A DNA stretch of 64,000 nucleotides from Lingula anatina. Lineage: Eukaryota; Animalia; Brachiopoda. The notes below the pieces were generated by a model. The model saw nothing but the letters and a program-made list of their open reading frames with translations. It was not told the origin of the DNA and made no database searches. Positions 26,079 through 37,999 of this stretch are shown here, piece by piece (position 1 is the stretch's first letter; each line of letters begins with the position of its first letter). The translations under genes were made by a program, and so were the position numbers. The DNA is taken from NCBI GenBank assembly GCA_051362555.1, contig CM120641.1, positions 41,112,401 to 41,176,400 of the forward strand. Reading direction: 5' to 3'.

Positions 26079-28698
26079 CAGCAGAATATAAACGCAACTC
26101 GGTCGTTGGCCTACCCTTCTTGCAAAGTTGGACTACATGTATGTATTTTTGCCTGACACATCATAACACATGGATTGGATGTAATAATAGTCTCTACTCT
26201 GCTGGATTGTTCTTTGCAACTTTTTCGGTTAACTCTTTCTGTTGGAAGTTATATGAGTGCACAATGGCCTTTATAAGGATTTTAAAGAAAGGTGGCCATC
26301 CCGAAAATCCAATGGACCATAGCATTGCTATAAGGCGCTGCTGTCGAAGAAAAGGACGACATTTAAAGAGACAAGTGTAGCTTATCCGTTCCTTACATGA
26401 TTAGCGTTAAGATGAATCTGCATCAACTAGTAACATTTTATTACACACATATTTGAATTTTCGAAAAGATACAAAATGAAGTTACTTCATCATTCACATA
26501 CCAGGAGGTAGGGCCTACCTTCAATGCGACTTTCAATGCGACTTTTTTTTTCATCGAGTGTTTGAGAAACATACCTATATGCCCCGAGGCATTAGCAGTA
26601 TTCGGATATAAATATGATTAAACAATAATAGAAATGTTTGTGTTACGATGTTTTATTTTATAGTCATAAAAACAGGACTTTAAGTAAAAATCAGTCAGAA
26701 ATAAAAGATAAAATACAATCTATTGTTAGCAAGAGAGGGACCGTCTTCCTTCAAAGTTTCTGTCTGATTGACCTCCCGTTTTAACACAAAAAATGAAAGA
26801 CGTCTGTATTTTTCACAATATATATTTGTTTTTCCAGTAAATTCATAATGAATGAATTATGAAAGATTTAAAATATCTAGCTACGGTTTTGGGATGTGCA
26901 CAGGACCTACCATATGGTTCACTAAAGACGTTATAATCATAAGTAGATCTTAACCTGCTTACATAGCACCTTCGACCTGCGTAAAATGTTACATTACATT
27001 CGATTAACAAAATATAAGCTACAATTGCTATTAGATTTCGAGCGCGACAAGGTGAAAAGTTTACCAGCTCTCTGTACAATAGTAAACCGAGCTGGTCCTA
27101 TGGAATGGACATGCTGAAGTTCACTATACAGTCTTTCTTCCTATACTATCAAGTTGGTGGAAAACCCCTCCACGGCAGACATCAAAGTACAAAGGACAAC
27201 ACCGGTCAGACCGTTTCTTGTGTAAGATTGTCTCTTTAGGAAAAGAATACAGCAGTCAAAACGTGAAAAATAAAACCCAGCCCAAAACCATGCAGTGGCA
27301 AAGGTGGTACTTTCAACAGTAATGACCATGCAGAGATCACCTTGCAAACGCATGTGAGAGGAAGAGCCAACCAGACTCCAGCACCGCGCGTCCAGGGTAT
27401 TCCCGCTTCACTTCCATCTACAACAGATCTCAGACAGTGCCCTATTGCATTACTTTGTGTGCTGTTTTAGAACTATCAATTATATACGACATCTCAATGT
27501 GTCCTGTTACAGATTTAAATGCCAGAAGTGCTGGTCATTTCTTTCTCTTTTGTAACGGCAGGTCCCCCGTAAAGTACAGTTGAACTAGTAGCTGATGACG
27601 TCTACCAATGCCGAGAATAGGCACATTGCATAGCTGTCACTGACCGGCGCGATTTATCCATAAGTTCTACTAGTTCTACCATTTTTATCTTTAATTCAAT
27701 CATATAAATATCAGTCCTAGGCTGTCTGATCAACGCGATTAACACGTACGAAATTATTTTTTCTTTTTTGTCCGTTTCGTTTCTTTCATTCAGCAATACG
27801 TAGGTTCTAGACTGATATAAAAACAAAAGCTAATAATGATTCATATAGATAAAAAAGACAATGTATGTGTCAATGTTAATTGAAAATTTTGACAGATATA
27901 AAAGATAGCAAGGGTAAGGATAACCTCCAGTAATATGTTCAATTTTCAACAGGTACATAATCAATTTCGGTGTAATGAAAACGCAGTTTCAATCGTAGGG
28001 AATTGGATTTAATGCTTCAGTGAAGATAAAAATGTTCAGTTTTTTTTCATTTTTATGATTTTTTTCTCCACATTGATTTCAGTCGAATTTTTTTCTAAGA
28101 GAGACCGGGGAAGTATTTTTTGCCTCAATAAGTACCCACAGCAAATAAAATAGAGCTGATTTTAAACTGCGCACTTCACATTTTTTATAATTTTTTCTTT
28201 TGACAGGGCATATCTCAACTGAAAGCCCTCATGTAAACTTTGAAGAGAAAAGACCGGCTTCAAATTGCTCGAAGTTTTTTTTTTTTTTGGTGAAAGCTAT
28301 ACTATTACCTGTGTTGTCTAGTGACGTTTGCAGTGACAATCGTGTGCAACAATATACGGTTTATAAAACATTGAAATAAACTTTTTAAACAGAGATACGA
28401 TGTAAACATTGTAACTATTTATCCAACATCTGTGGTGAAAATGCATCACTAGACAAACAAACAAACAAGCAAATCGATGACGCAACAGCTAGGAATGAGC
28501 GTGTATTAACTATTCCAATCTATGTGCACAAATTACGACACGCGGCTCGTGCGGTGGAGATTAATGTCCGTTGCGCATGTCTTGGTATAGTCAGTCACAC
28601 CACTTGGTTAAATAGCTCTCCAGAACCTTCGACGAAACCGGTAGAAGGTGACCTCACAGTGTTTAGTTCGGTCCGGACAGGAATCACTCTGCAGCAGT

Positions 28699-31600
28699 AT
28701 GAAGAAAATTGCCGTCATAGGCGCAGGGTGCAGTGGCCTAACCGCCATCAAATCCTGCCTGGATGAAGGTCTCTTGCCCGTGTGCTATGAGAGAGAAAGT
28801 GATATCGGGGGGCTTTGGAACTACAGCGAGGAACCTAATGGGTCCAAGGGGAGTGTATACAGATCGTGTGTTATTAACATCAGCAAGGAAATGATGGCTT
28901 TCAGCGATTTCCCAGTCCCGAAGGAAGCCCCGCCTTTCATGCACCACACCGAAGTACTCAAGTACTTTCACTTGTATGCAGCGAAGTTTGATCTTTTGAA
29001 GTACATCCAATTTCGCTCCTCCGTCGAGCACATTAGACCCGCTGACGACTACGCTGTTTCTGGACGCTGGTGCATCACAACCAAGCGCCTGGACGACGCG
29101 GGCGAAGGCACGCACGAGGAAGAGTTCGACGGCGTAATGGTGTGCTCGGGCCACCACGCCGCTCCCCACATTCCGAACTTCGAGGGCCTCGACAAGTTCC
29201 GCGGCGTGAAGCTTCACTCTCATGACTACAAACGTCCTGATGTTTTCCAAGACAAGAAAGTGCTGATAATTGGTAAGAATAAGTTCCACTTCTTTCTTAT
29301 GTCCGCTAGATCACGGGGATCGCCCGACACCTCACCCGTCCACTTATTTTATGAACTACTAAACTGAAGAGGTGACTGGCGAACGCACCCAAACAACCCG
29401 GAGAGGAATTGGTAAACAACTTGAGGATACTGAATTTGATACGTATAATGGGTGTAGAAGTGATCTGTATCTTCTGTCTGTTTACCTTCCATAAAGAACA
29501 GAAATTAAGTCCAGCAAGGGTCATGGTTGTTTTGATCAGTCTTGTTGCGATTCGGTATGCAGGTTTTAGCCGCATGTCCGTATAATAAAAAAAAAAGGTT
29601 CGAGCATTTTGTATTGGATTTACAATTAAACACAGAGAGAAACGCTTGCTTATTTATTTTAGGAATCGAGCACGTTTTTATAGAATAATTGAAAAACCCG
29701 CGGTTAATGTACTTGGAATTTTGTGCCTGCATAGAGAGACGGTGTGTCAATCAGAGGATAAGTAATTCGTGAAGGGTCCTATGAAGAATTAATATGCATA
29801 GATGTCGGAAGTTGTTGAAGCTCAAACCTCATTAAGACATAATGACAGTAGATGGTTACAATGCTCTTTTCTATCACAGCTCATGTCAGTTGTGTAAAAG
29901 AAGATTTTTGTCTTGGCCTACCTATTACGGAGAACGCCCTCCACATGGTAGCGCAATAGTAAATTGCATACCACACGCTTATGCGTCGTCCATTGGATTG
30001 TCTTGATGGTTCCTCTCATCATAAACGTAAACATAATGCATTATTAGCATGCCCTATTACACTCGTGTTCATGCAAACAATTTAATTGACATATTTGTAA
30101 TCAAAAGATGGTCGTTTCAAGACGATGTGCTGTGGCAAAAACTCGACTGTCCCAGATGAGCGCGCCATTGAGGAAGAACATGAATAAAATGATGGCGCCG
30201 GTTTTGTAACTGGTTGATTGTTGTACACCGTATTTGTAGTATCATTTTGTTGATTTAAAGCCCACCGCTCATTTAAGTATATCATAAATGACTTAAGTTT
30301 CGAAAGATTTTTAATTGAATAGGCATATACTAGTACATTAATCTAGCAAAGGGTTTTATTACCATCTGTGCCCTGCATATTCAAAGTTACACCAAGTTTT
30401 CTTTCGTAACAACAGCTACAATCAGTGCCGCAAAGTTCCTCAGGCCATATATATTAAGATCAAAAATGCAACGTTAAATAGTTACAGTGCAGCCACCCTC
30501 TCATCTTGATGTAGTAAGGAAAAGGAAGGGAGTCAAGTGAACGGCTGGCTAGAACTACTTCACATGCACCGGACGTTTTTTCTTATGCCAGAGCATTTGT
30601 GCCAACATCCTCAGAGGAGTAGAAATAAATTCTCGTCCCTTCATTATCTACGTTCATATTGTCCTTGAAATACCAAGCTGCTTCGGTTAAGGAAAGAAAA
30701 AAAGGGACCTGGCGCAACGAAAAAAATACGTCTGTTAATAATAATAATAATAATAAATAATAATAATAATTTATTCAACTTTTAGATTGTATGCTGTCTA
30801 AGCTACTTCTAACACTACTCTGTTGTGCTTACATCAAAAGTATAATAAAGGATAAGATAAAGGATAAAATGTCTATCAAAGCATCCGTAACTGCGATCTC
30901 ACTTGACAATATTGGTTAAGCAAGATTATAAAGGGGTCAGTATACGGTGCTTTTTTAATAACTTACCACATTACATAAGATGTATATTCAAACAAAAAGC
31001 TTTGGCGTGATAAATGAATATATAACAGGCTACGGAAATTAAATAGATATATTTCAGACTGAATTGTCACATTCAATGTTGAATCCTGTTTTTAAAAACT
31101 GTGTACTACAGAATACTATAATTGGGCGTGATCTTCTCGGCGGTATATTTCATTGTTATGAAAAGAAAATAATGTATTCGGGACAGAGATCATACAGGAA
31201 CAAAGTAATCTAGAGTGGGATAATAGTCTAGACCAGCTGGGAAAATACGCACATCGTTCCAAAGGCACGGAATTATCGTTAACAATTGCTTAAATTATAA
31301 GCAATTTACGCAAAAAATGTCTTAAGAGAACCAAAGTTGAAAGAAAACGCTATGTCAAACGAACCGTTGCTTTTATTCGTGGCCAGACGTGCAATTCTGT
31401 AATTCTACCTTCAGAAAATGGATACTACTTTTTGTTCGCCACAAAAATGAACCTACCGATTGAACATGCTAAATGTCAGTTCTCTTTTTAACATTTGGTA
31501 AAAAGATACGAATTATGCAAGATGAGGTTACAGTCTACTGCGTATGATCTCTACGTATTTATTATAATGGAAAAAGCTGCGCTTTCAAACACTAAAAATT

Positions 31601-34600
31601 CAGACATTTGTGCGTGATTTCTATGAAGATGATTTCATTTCGAGTAATACTTTTATTACTACTATTAACAGATAAATGACTAATGGATATCTTTAAAATA
31701 AAATGGCAAATTTTTATTTTCCCTTTTTTTATCTCTACAGGGATGGGCAATTCAGCAGTGGACATTGCCGTAGACCTGAGCTCGTGGGGAGAAAAGGTAC
31801 AGTTACGAAGTAGACACTGCATAGAACATGTATACAGAACAACTGTGTAAAAATGACTATGAAGATGTATACGAGCGGCCGTACGCCAGCTTAACTTTTT
31901 CTAATTCGTACAAGAAAATATATTTTATTGACATTTCGTATATGGTTTAAGGTGTTTAAATAACCATGGTATAATCTGTATCATTTCTTTTGTCCTTACT
32001 CCCATTTTTTATCTTTGTTTTGTCATTTAAGCAAATGAGCTGGAATACAGGAAAACGAAAAAAAAAATAACTATGACTTTTAGAGCGAGCAAAAATGTTA
32101 ACTGAAAGGAGCAATAGGCATAAGTAAATAATTATTGGAAAGGAAATCATATAAACACAGACGCGCATTTCTGTTTTTTTTTCCGATTCAAATTTGAGAA
32201 TTTGATCAAAATGCAAATGGTATATATCTTTCATAGACTTAAAAGCCCGAGAAAAAAGTCCAAACTGACCCAACTAAGACAAGGTCGAACTTCACGCTTT
32301 GCTGCTTGGTGTATGTCCTTTGGGCATGAAATTCTATGCAGTCGTAGAAGTGAAGAATAGATATGAACTTTGCTTGACTCACAGTTACTGCTTTTTAAAT
32401 GACAAAGATCTCTTGTTACGTGAAGTACACTGTGTTCAACCTCAAATATGCCAAAAACCCAAAGTTCAGTTCAGGGTGTCCCAATTTTGCGCCCATTTTT
32501 ACAATAGCTTTGGTCTTTAGGTTGAAAAGATTGACCCCATGTGGCACTGCTAATGTCCAGGGTTTCGGCGCAGGTAGTTCAAACCTTATCATTTTGCATC
32601 ATCTTTTCCTGAGATGGATGATACTTGAAAGAATTCATTTCGTTTGAAGGGCCTTCGGTCAGAAAATCGCGCTTCATTTGCCAACCTCTTTCATTGAACA
32701 TTTAACTAACACGAGTGAGCACTGCACAATGTCTGCAAGGTTGAACTGGCGCTTTACAACTTGCAGTAGTGAAGAAAATTGACCCTTATGACTTTTTTCA
32801 ATATATTACTAATTTTTCTAATTTGAAAATTGACAAGTTAGTCATGTGATCAAGGTCCTATAATGAAGGGTCCACGTGTCATGCCTCATTGGCACCAAAT
32901 AGAAAAGATTTAATTTTTCATTTTCATAAGTTTATTTCTTTGTGGTGCGACAGTTTTTATCACAAACTTCCTTATTATTTTGCTAGATCTATCTCAGCTC
33001 TCGTCGTGGCGCATGGGTCGTGAGTCGCTTGGGCCCCTTCGGCTTTCCTGCGGACGCCATGGCCAACAGTAGGGTGATGTTCTCGTTGCCGCGTTGGCTG
33101 CTCCAGTGGAGTGTGGAGAAAATGGCGAATTATAAATTCAACCATCAGCGCCTTGGTCTCAATCCCGTACACAGGTAAGGACATGTCACGATTTTTTCAG
33201 TTAGAAAATATGCTTCCCATTCTTTCGGTAAACACTTTGTAAATTTAAAAAAAAATTGAAATGGAAATATTCCTATTGACGGAACCTTTCATGTTTTTCG
33301 TCATTATTTGGTTTTTTGTCAAATAAAAAATAGTTTACTTTGTCAATCTTTCTTTCAGGGCACTTGAAGCGTTCCCCACCATAAACGAGGACATCCACTT
33401 AAGGATAATGAACGGAGCCATTCGAGTGAGACCCAATGTCAAGTGCTTCACGGAAAACGGTAAGTTGATAGCTTCTCCAATTGCGTTTGATGAACGATAC
33501 GCAACGTTGCTGACAAACACACCAAGAACATCTAAAACAATCTGAGATAAGCGCGTTCAACGAAAAGATGGGCTCTTCCATTTGTATGGAGTAATTGATG
33601 TGTGTAAACAATTGTTTTTTTTTTCAGGGGTGATGTTTGATGACAACACATTTGAAAGCATAGACGTCGTGATCCTGGCCACCGGCTATGATTACAAGTA
33701 CCGGTTCCTGAGCTCCACCGTGTTGAACACAGAGAACAACAACATAGAGTTGTACAAGTACGTCTTCCCGCCACAATTACCGCACCCCACCCTGGCAATG
33801 ATAGGCCTGGTTCAAGCAGTGGGCGCAGTCATGCCCATCTCTGAGCTACAGAGCCGTTGGTTCACCAGGATCGTTAAAGGTAATTATATTTATTACTTTT
33901 TATTTTACGAATCTTATTTACATTGCGCTTTACAAATGTTCGAAATTTTTATATGTGTTTTTGCCTCTTAAAACCATATTGTATCATTCAAATGCCGTTT
34001 AAGGGTTAGTGTTGTTATTGTATATGGCCGTTTTTGACTAGTTTACTACCATTACATGTGCATCTGTAATGTGGTTAAATATCCAAACTTTGACATGGCA
34101 GGTCATCTCACTCTACCTTCAAAAGAAATTATGATGGAAGACATAGCCCAGAGAAAGAAGAACGTAAGACAGACATTTTTGCCTTCTCAGAGGCATGCGT
34201 TGCAGGTAAGAAACGGTGATTGTGAGCGAGTTTTAGGGAACGCGTGAAAAAACGTACCGGCTTCAAAATATTTATTATTGGACCTTTTGTTCCTACGACA
34301 TGGCCTCGTAGGCTGAGCCATTAAGAAAACTCCTATTCCACTTTTTTTTGCTGTTGAAATTAAATGGAATTTAATGATCCACAACACATATACTGATAGA
34401 TGCACTGCTGCAGCTCACTTAGAGAATCTTAAAACCGAAAATGCTTTTTTACGTTCAACCCATGATCGCGGAGCAAGGCTTTTATCAAATCTATGAATGA
34501 TGCATAATGGTATTTATCATTTATATGTGGCCACAGTAGTTTGTGATTACGTTTAATTACTGACCCCCTTTTATTGATATTGTTTCTTAAAGTGTGCCAT

Positions 34601-35221
34601 TTACTAGTACAACTCCAAATTTAGCATTAATTTTAAACAGGAAAGGTTGGTTTTTGTGACGGGACTCGACTCTCGCCCAACACATACAGACATCAAACAT
34701 TTAACCGGTGGCGCCCTAAAGTGTCAGTTTCCGTTATATGGGCCTTGAAAGCAAATATTAATCTTTAATGTCCAACATAACCTGTGTCTACAAACGTTGT
34801 TAATCATTAATGTTATCTACAATTACAGACTTTCTGGGTGCCATACATGGACGAACTCGCAGACGCAGTCGGCTGCAAACCAAATCTCAAGAAAATGTTT
34901 TTCAGAGATCCCATGTTTGCTCTCTGGTGTTTCGTTGGTCCTTGTGTCCCCGCGCAGTTCCGCCTGGAGGGGCCTGGAAAGTGGGAGGGAGCCAGATCGG
35001 CTGTGAAGAACTGCTACGCCAACATGTTTGGTGCCACAGAACGCCCAGCGCCCCCAGCGGGAGAGTCTTCAATCTGGAACCGCCTGTCCAACCGTTCCAC
35101 GTGTGTGAGGGAAAACGTGCGACGGTTTAGAAAGAACGTTGCCGTTAAGCATAATCACGGTCCGGGATACTATATGTACGTGGCCTTTATCATCTGCATC
35201 TTGTTGCATATATTTTTATGA
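28699..35221 (+). CDS. FMO: Flavin-containing monooxygenase (FMO5-like, class B flavoprotein monooxygenase), 7 exons, 555 aa, C-terminal membrane anchor
   Basis: Exons: 28699-29272, 31741-31796, 32987-33174, 33359-33459, 33628-33879, 34102-34205, 34829-35221 (1668 nt, in frame). Motifs: FAD-binding GAGCSG, GGLW, FMO fingerprint FRGVKLHSHDYK, NADPH-binding GMGNSA, LATGY. Hydrophobic tail YYMYVAFIICILLHIFL*. Confidence 0.96.
30736..30770. repeat. (TAA)n microsatellite in FMO intron 1
   Basis: Read directly from the sequence. Confidence 0.9.
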
Positions 35222-35541
35222 ACTGCATTTATTCGTACTGAGATCGTGGTTCCGGCATTCTAAAACACTGTGTGACATTACTCGTGCTAGAGATAATGTA
35301 CAAATACAGTAGTGCCATTCCATTTTTTATGGGTTATTTCGAATAATTCTAAAGGAAATTATTTGAGAGGAAACGAAAGCAAATTACATCTTCAAACTCT
35401 CACGCATGTGTATCTTGATTGTTTTTTTCGTATAACGTTATTTTATACCAAGTATTATTGGTGTTATAGCTTCTGATATATTGCTAAACTGTGACGTCAT
35501 TTCCATTATTACAAGTACAGGACTAGATAACCACATAGACT

Positions 35542-35784
35542 GGGTTCCCATGCCTAGATCGATCCATCTGGATCGGTTTAACTACCTGAGGAGTCTCACT
35601 AAATTGCCATCAACTAACCAGCTTAAATGTCTGTCACGCCTAGCAAATCAGCTAGGGGGTAAAAATAATTACCCCCTAACAGCTTTACTAGGCGTGACAG
35701 ACATTTAAGCCGGTTGAGTTGAAAGCAATTTAGTGAGACTCCCCAGGGAGATAGATCAATCCAAATATCTGTGGGAATGGTCCC
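35542..35784. mobile_element. Foldback MITE (PIF/Harbinger-like ends), family copy 1
   Basis: Long imperfect palindrome. The arms from 35590 (ggagtctcactaaattgc...gcttaaatgtctgtcacgcctag...gggggtaa) pair with sequence ending at 35742. Termini are GGGTTCCCAT and GGGAATGGTCCC. Confidence 0.8.
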
Positions 35785-36015
35785 ATTGACAACTTTATAT
35801 GACACATTGCATTATCTGTTGGCCTTTTTTCTTTCAGATTTTACTAACTGTCTCTCTCTCCGACTGTGGTATATGTAAATTATATTTATTATTGATTTAT
35901 TTTCCATTCAAGTAACTGTGATTTAACAAACATCTGAGATGTCTAAACATTTTTAGAATGGAAACAAGCAAGGAATTATGACCGAAAGGTTAGCAGTGAA
36001 GCAACAGCATTCAAA

Positions 36016-36230
36016 GGCTGTATTCCCAGAGCTTTTAGATCGATCTATCCCCGCGGGGAGTCTCACTAGATTACTGTCAGATAATCCGGCTTAAATGTCC
36101 GTCCCGCCTACTACAAGCTGTAAGGGGGTAATTAATTTTCGTGTCCGCCCGGCTGACAGCTATTTAGCGTGAACCCCCAGGGAGTTAGGTCGATCTAAAG
36201 TAGATCGATCTAATCTCTGGAAATGGGGTC
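36016..36230. mobile_element. Foldback MITE, family copy 2
   Basis: Shares agatcgatc, ggagtctcacta, gcttaaatgtc and gggggtaatt with the 35542-35784 copy. Terminal inverted repeats are tattcccagag and ctctggaaat. Confidence 0.7.
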
Positions 36231-36856
36231 AAAGTGGTTTTGATGAAAATAATGGAATAGCCAAATTGTTGACTGTATAAACTCAAAATGTATCACACAG
36301 TAATGTAACAAGGTCTACGACAATTCAGTTTGTATTATGGGTTCCATATCTCAAAAGTTCCACTTTCACCTAGCATGTTGCACTTTTCAGTCATAAAAAT
36401 GTTTTACATTTTTACTTGTTTTTGTTTGTTATTGTTATATATATATTTATATATCTAAGCTTATGCTGTTGTAAGTAAATGATTTATACAGAATATGTTT
36501 TATGCAATTAACTGGTTATGAAAAATAATTTATATAAATGTTCTTTATTTTTGTGTATTTAACATGGGTCTGGGCATACCTTAAGCTTGTACAGTTATTT
36601 ATTCTGCAAATAAATAAATATCAGCCACCTCATGTCTCCTATTTTGTGAAAATCACCATGTATCACTTCCATGAAATATATTCTGCATTATGGGGCGTTT
36701 TCAGTGAAATGCCATAACCTTTTTTCTCTGTATGTATGTATGTCAAATAATACACTTACCCTCTCATGATATACGTATGCCTTGAACACCCCTCACTGAT
36801 GCTTGAGATGTTTCGTCTTACATCCTTTGGGTGACAGTGCATTATCTAGCACATAA

Positions 36857-37024
36857 CAGGGGCGGATTTAGGCCGTAATCTGGGTCTTCTGGAAGACGGT
36901 AAGATTTTCAAGTTTACATTGAAGGGTATCTAATTTTTTCTGTCAGAAGACGGTCAAAAATGGAGGATGGTTCAACAAAGATAATTTGGAAGACTGTCAG
37001 AAAATATCCCCCGATCCGCCCCTG
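36857..37024. mobile_element. Small non-autonomous DNA element, 11-bp TIR CAGGGGCGGAT, 5-bp TSD CATAA
   Basis: CATAA|CAGGGGCGGAT...ATCCGCCCCTG|CATAA, with internal repeats of gaagacggt. Confidence 0.8.
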
Positions 37025-37316
37025 CATAACACATTCTGTTTCTGAACTATCCAACACTGTTTACAGCAGCTGCTAGAATTACTGTTTAGTAACATGCAAT
37101 AAAAGGAATATTACAAATATCAAAAATTGTGAAATAGGTTTATTGTCATGTCTTTTGTAGCACTGGTAGGTAATACCTGTATGTGCTAGTCTCATCAGAA
37201 ACAACTATTACTTTGTACTGTCAAATATTACTTTCAAGCCACTAGAATTATCACATGTAGTCAGTGTTTATGAATTTGGTTTCCATCCATTCTCAAATTT
37301 ATTACCATATAATTGA

Positions 37317-37436
37317 TCAGAACCAAATCGATATCAGAATCACAAGGAAAGGCTTCCTAAAGTTCTGAGATCCTCCAACCTGGGGTGTTTCTTGTCTGTT
37401 AATTTTGCTTTCCACAGGTGACTCTTTCCATTTTAC
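37317..37436 (-). other. Candidate extra 3' exon of SAC3D1 (alternative coding end or spliced 3' UTR exon)
   Basis: Strong acceptor gtttttcttttaag at 37437. The phase-0 frame reads VKWKESPVESKINRQETPQV...IWF*. A minus-strand AATAAA lies near 37139-37144. Confidence 0.35.
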
Positions 37437-37532
37437 CTTAAAAGAAAAACAAAATCCATTTTTTTAAATTAACTAAGTCTTCTGAATCAGTGTTTTATCT
37501 GACATTTATTTTTAAAAAGTGAGATTGGTAAT

Positions 37533-37872
37533 CAGCAAAGCACTCAGAGAGCACAGATTCCCACAAAGACAAAAGAATTCTCTTTTTCATTAAACATTCA
37601 TTCATAAATTATTCAATTAATTAATTAATTAATTCAATTAATAAGTTACTAGAAATTAACTAACTGATTAGCTAAATTCTCATCATTATAAATTATCATT
37701 TAATTAACTAATTAATTAGCAAACTGCTTAACCACCACCCAAATTAAATCTATTTCTGACCAATCCTAAAAATGTCATCAAAATCGCTCCGTAACTTTTT
37801 GGGTTAGGCTGGTGATGAACAGATGGACAGAGATAAACGAGGTGAAAAACATAACCTCTTTGGCAGTGATAA
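37533..37872 (+). repeat. Dispersed repeat (Helentron/HINE-like), copy 2, with an internal AT-rich (AATT)n expansion
   Basis: agcactcagagagcacag ... aaaaatgtcatcaaaatc ... gaaaaacataacctctttggcag. Shares both ends with the 20.3-20.5 kb copy. Confidence 0.55.
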
Positions 37873-37999
37873 CAGCACCTCACTCAATTTATGTGCCTAT
37901 TTTCTTCAAAAACACCATTACCCAACCTACATAGCTGTCCCTCTTGTCCTTTTTGGCCCACTCATTTGGTAGAGTTTTCTTTGGGAGAACCAGAGAACT

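Noticed and set aside
27140-27470. GC-richer, exon-like stretch between GGH and FMO
   Set aside because: No convincing frame or homology, and it cannot be linked to either gene.
28738-29289. 183-aa minus-strand ORF
   Set aside because: It is the antisense shadow of the GC-rich FMO exon 1.
34655-34720. Minus-strand tRNA-like A/B box remnants (possible SINE head)
   Set aside because: Too degenerate; it cannot fold as a cloverleaf and is not a tRNA gene.
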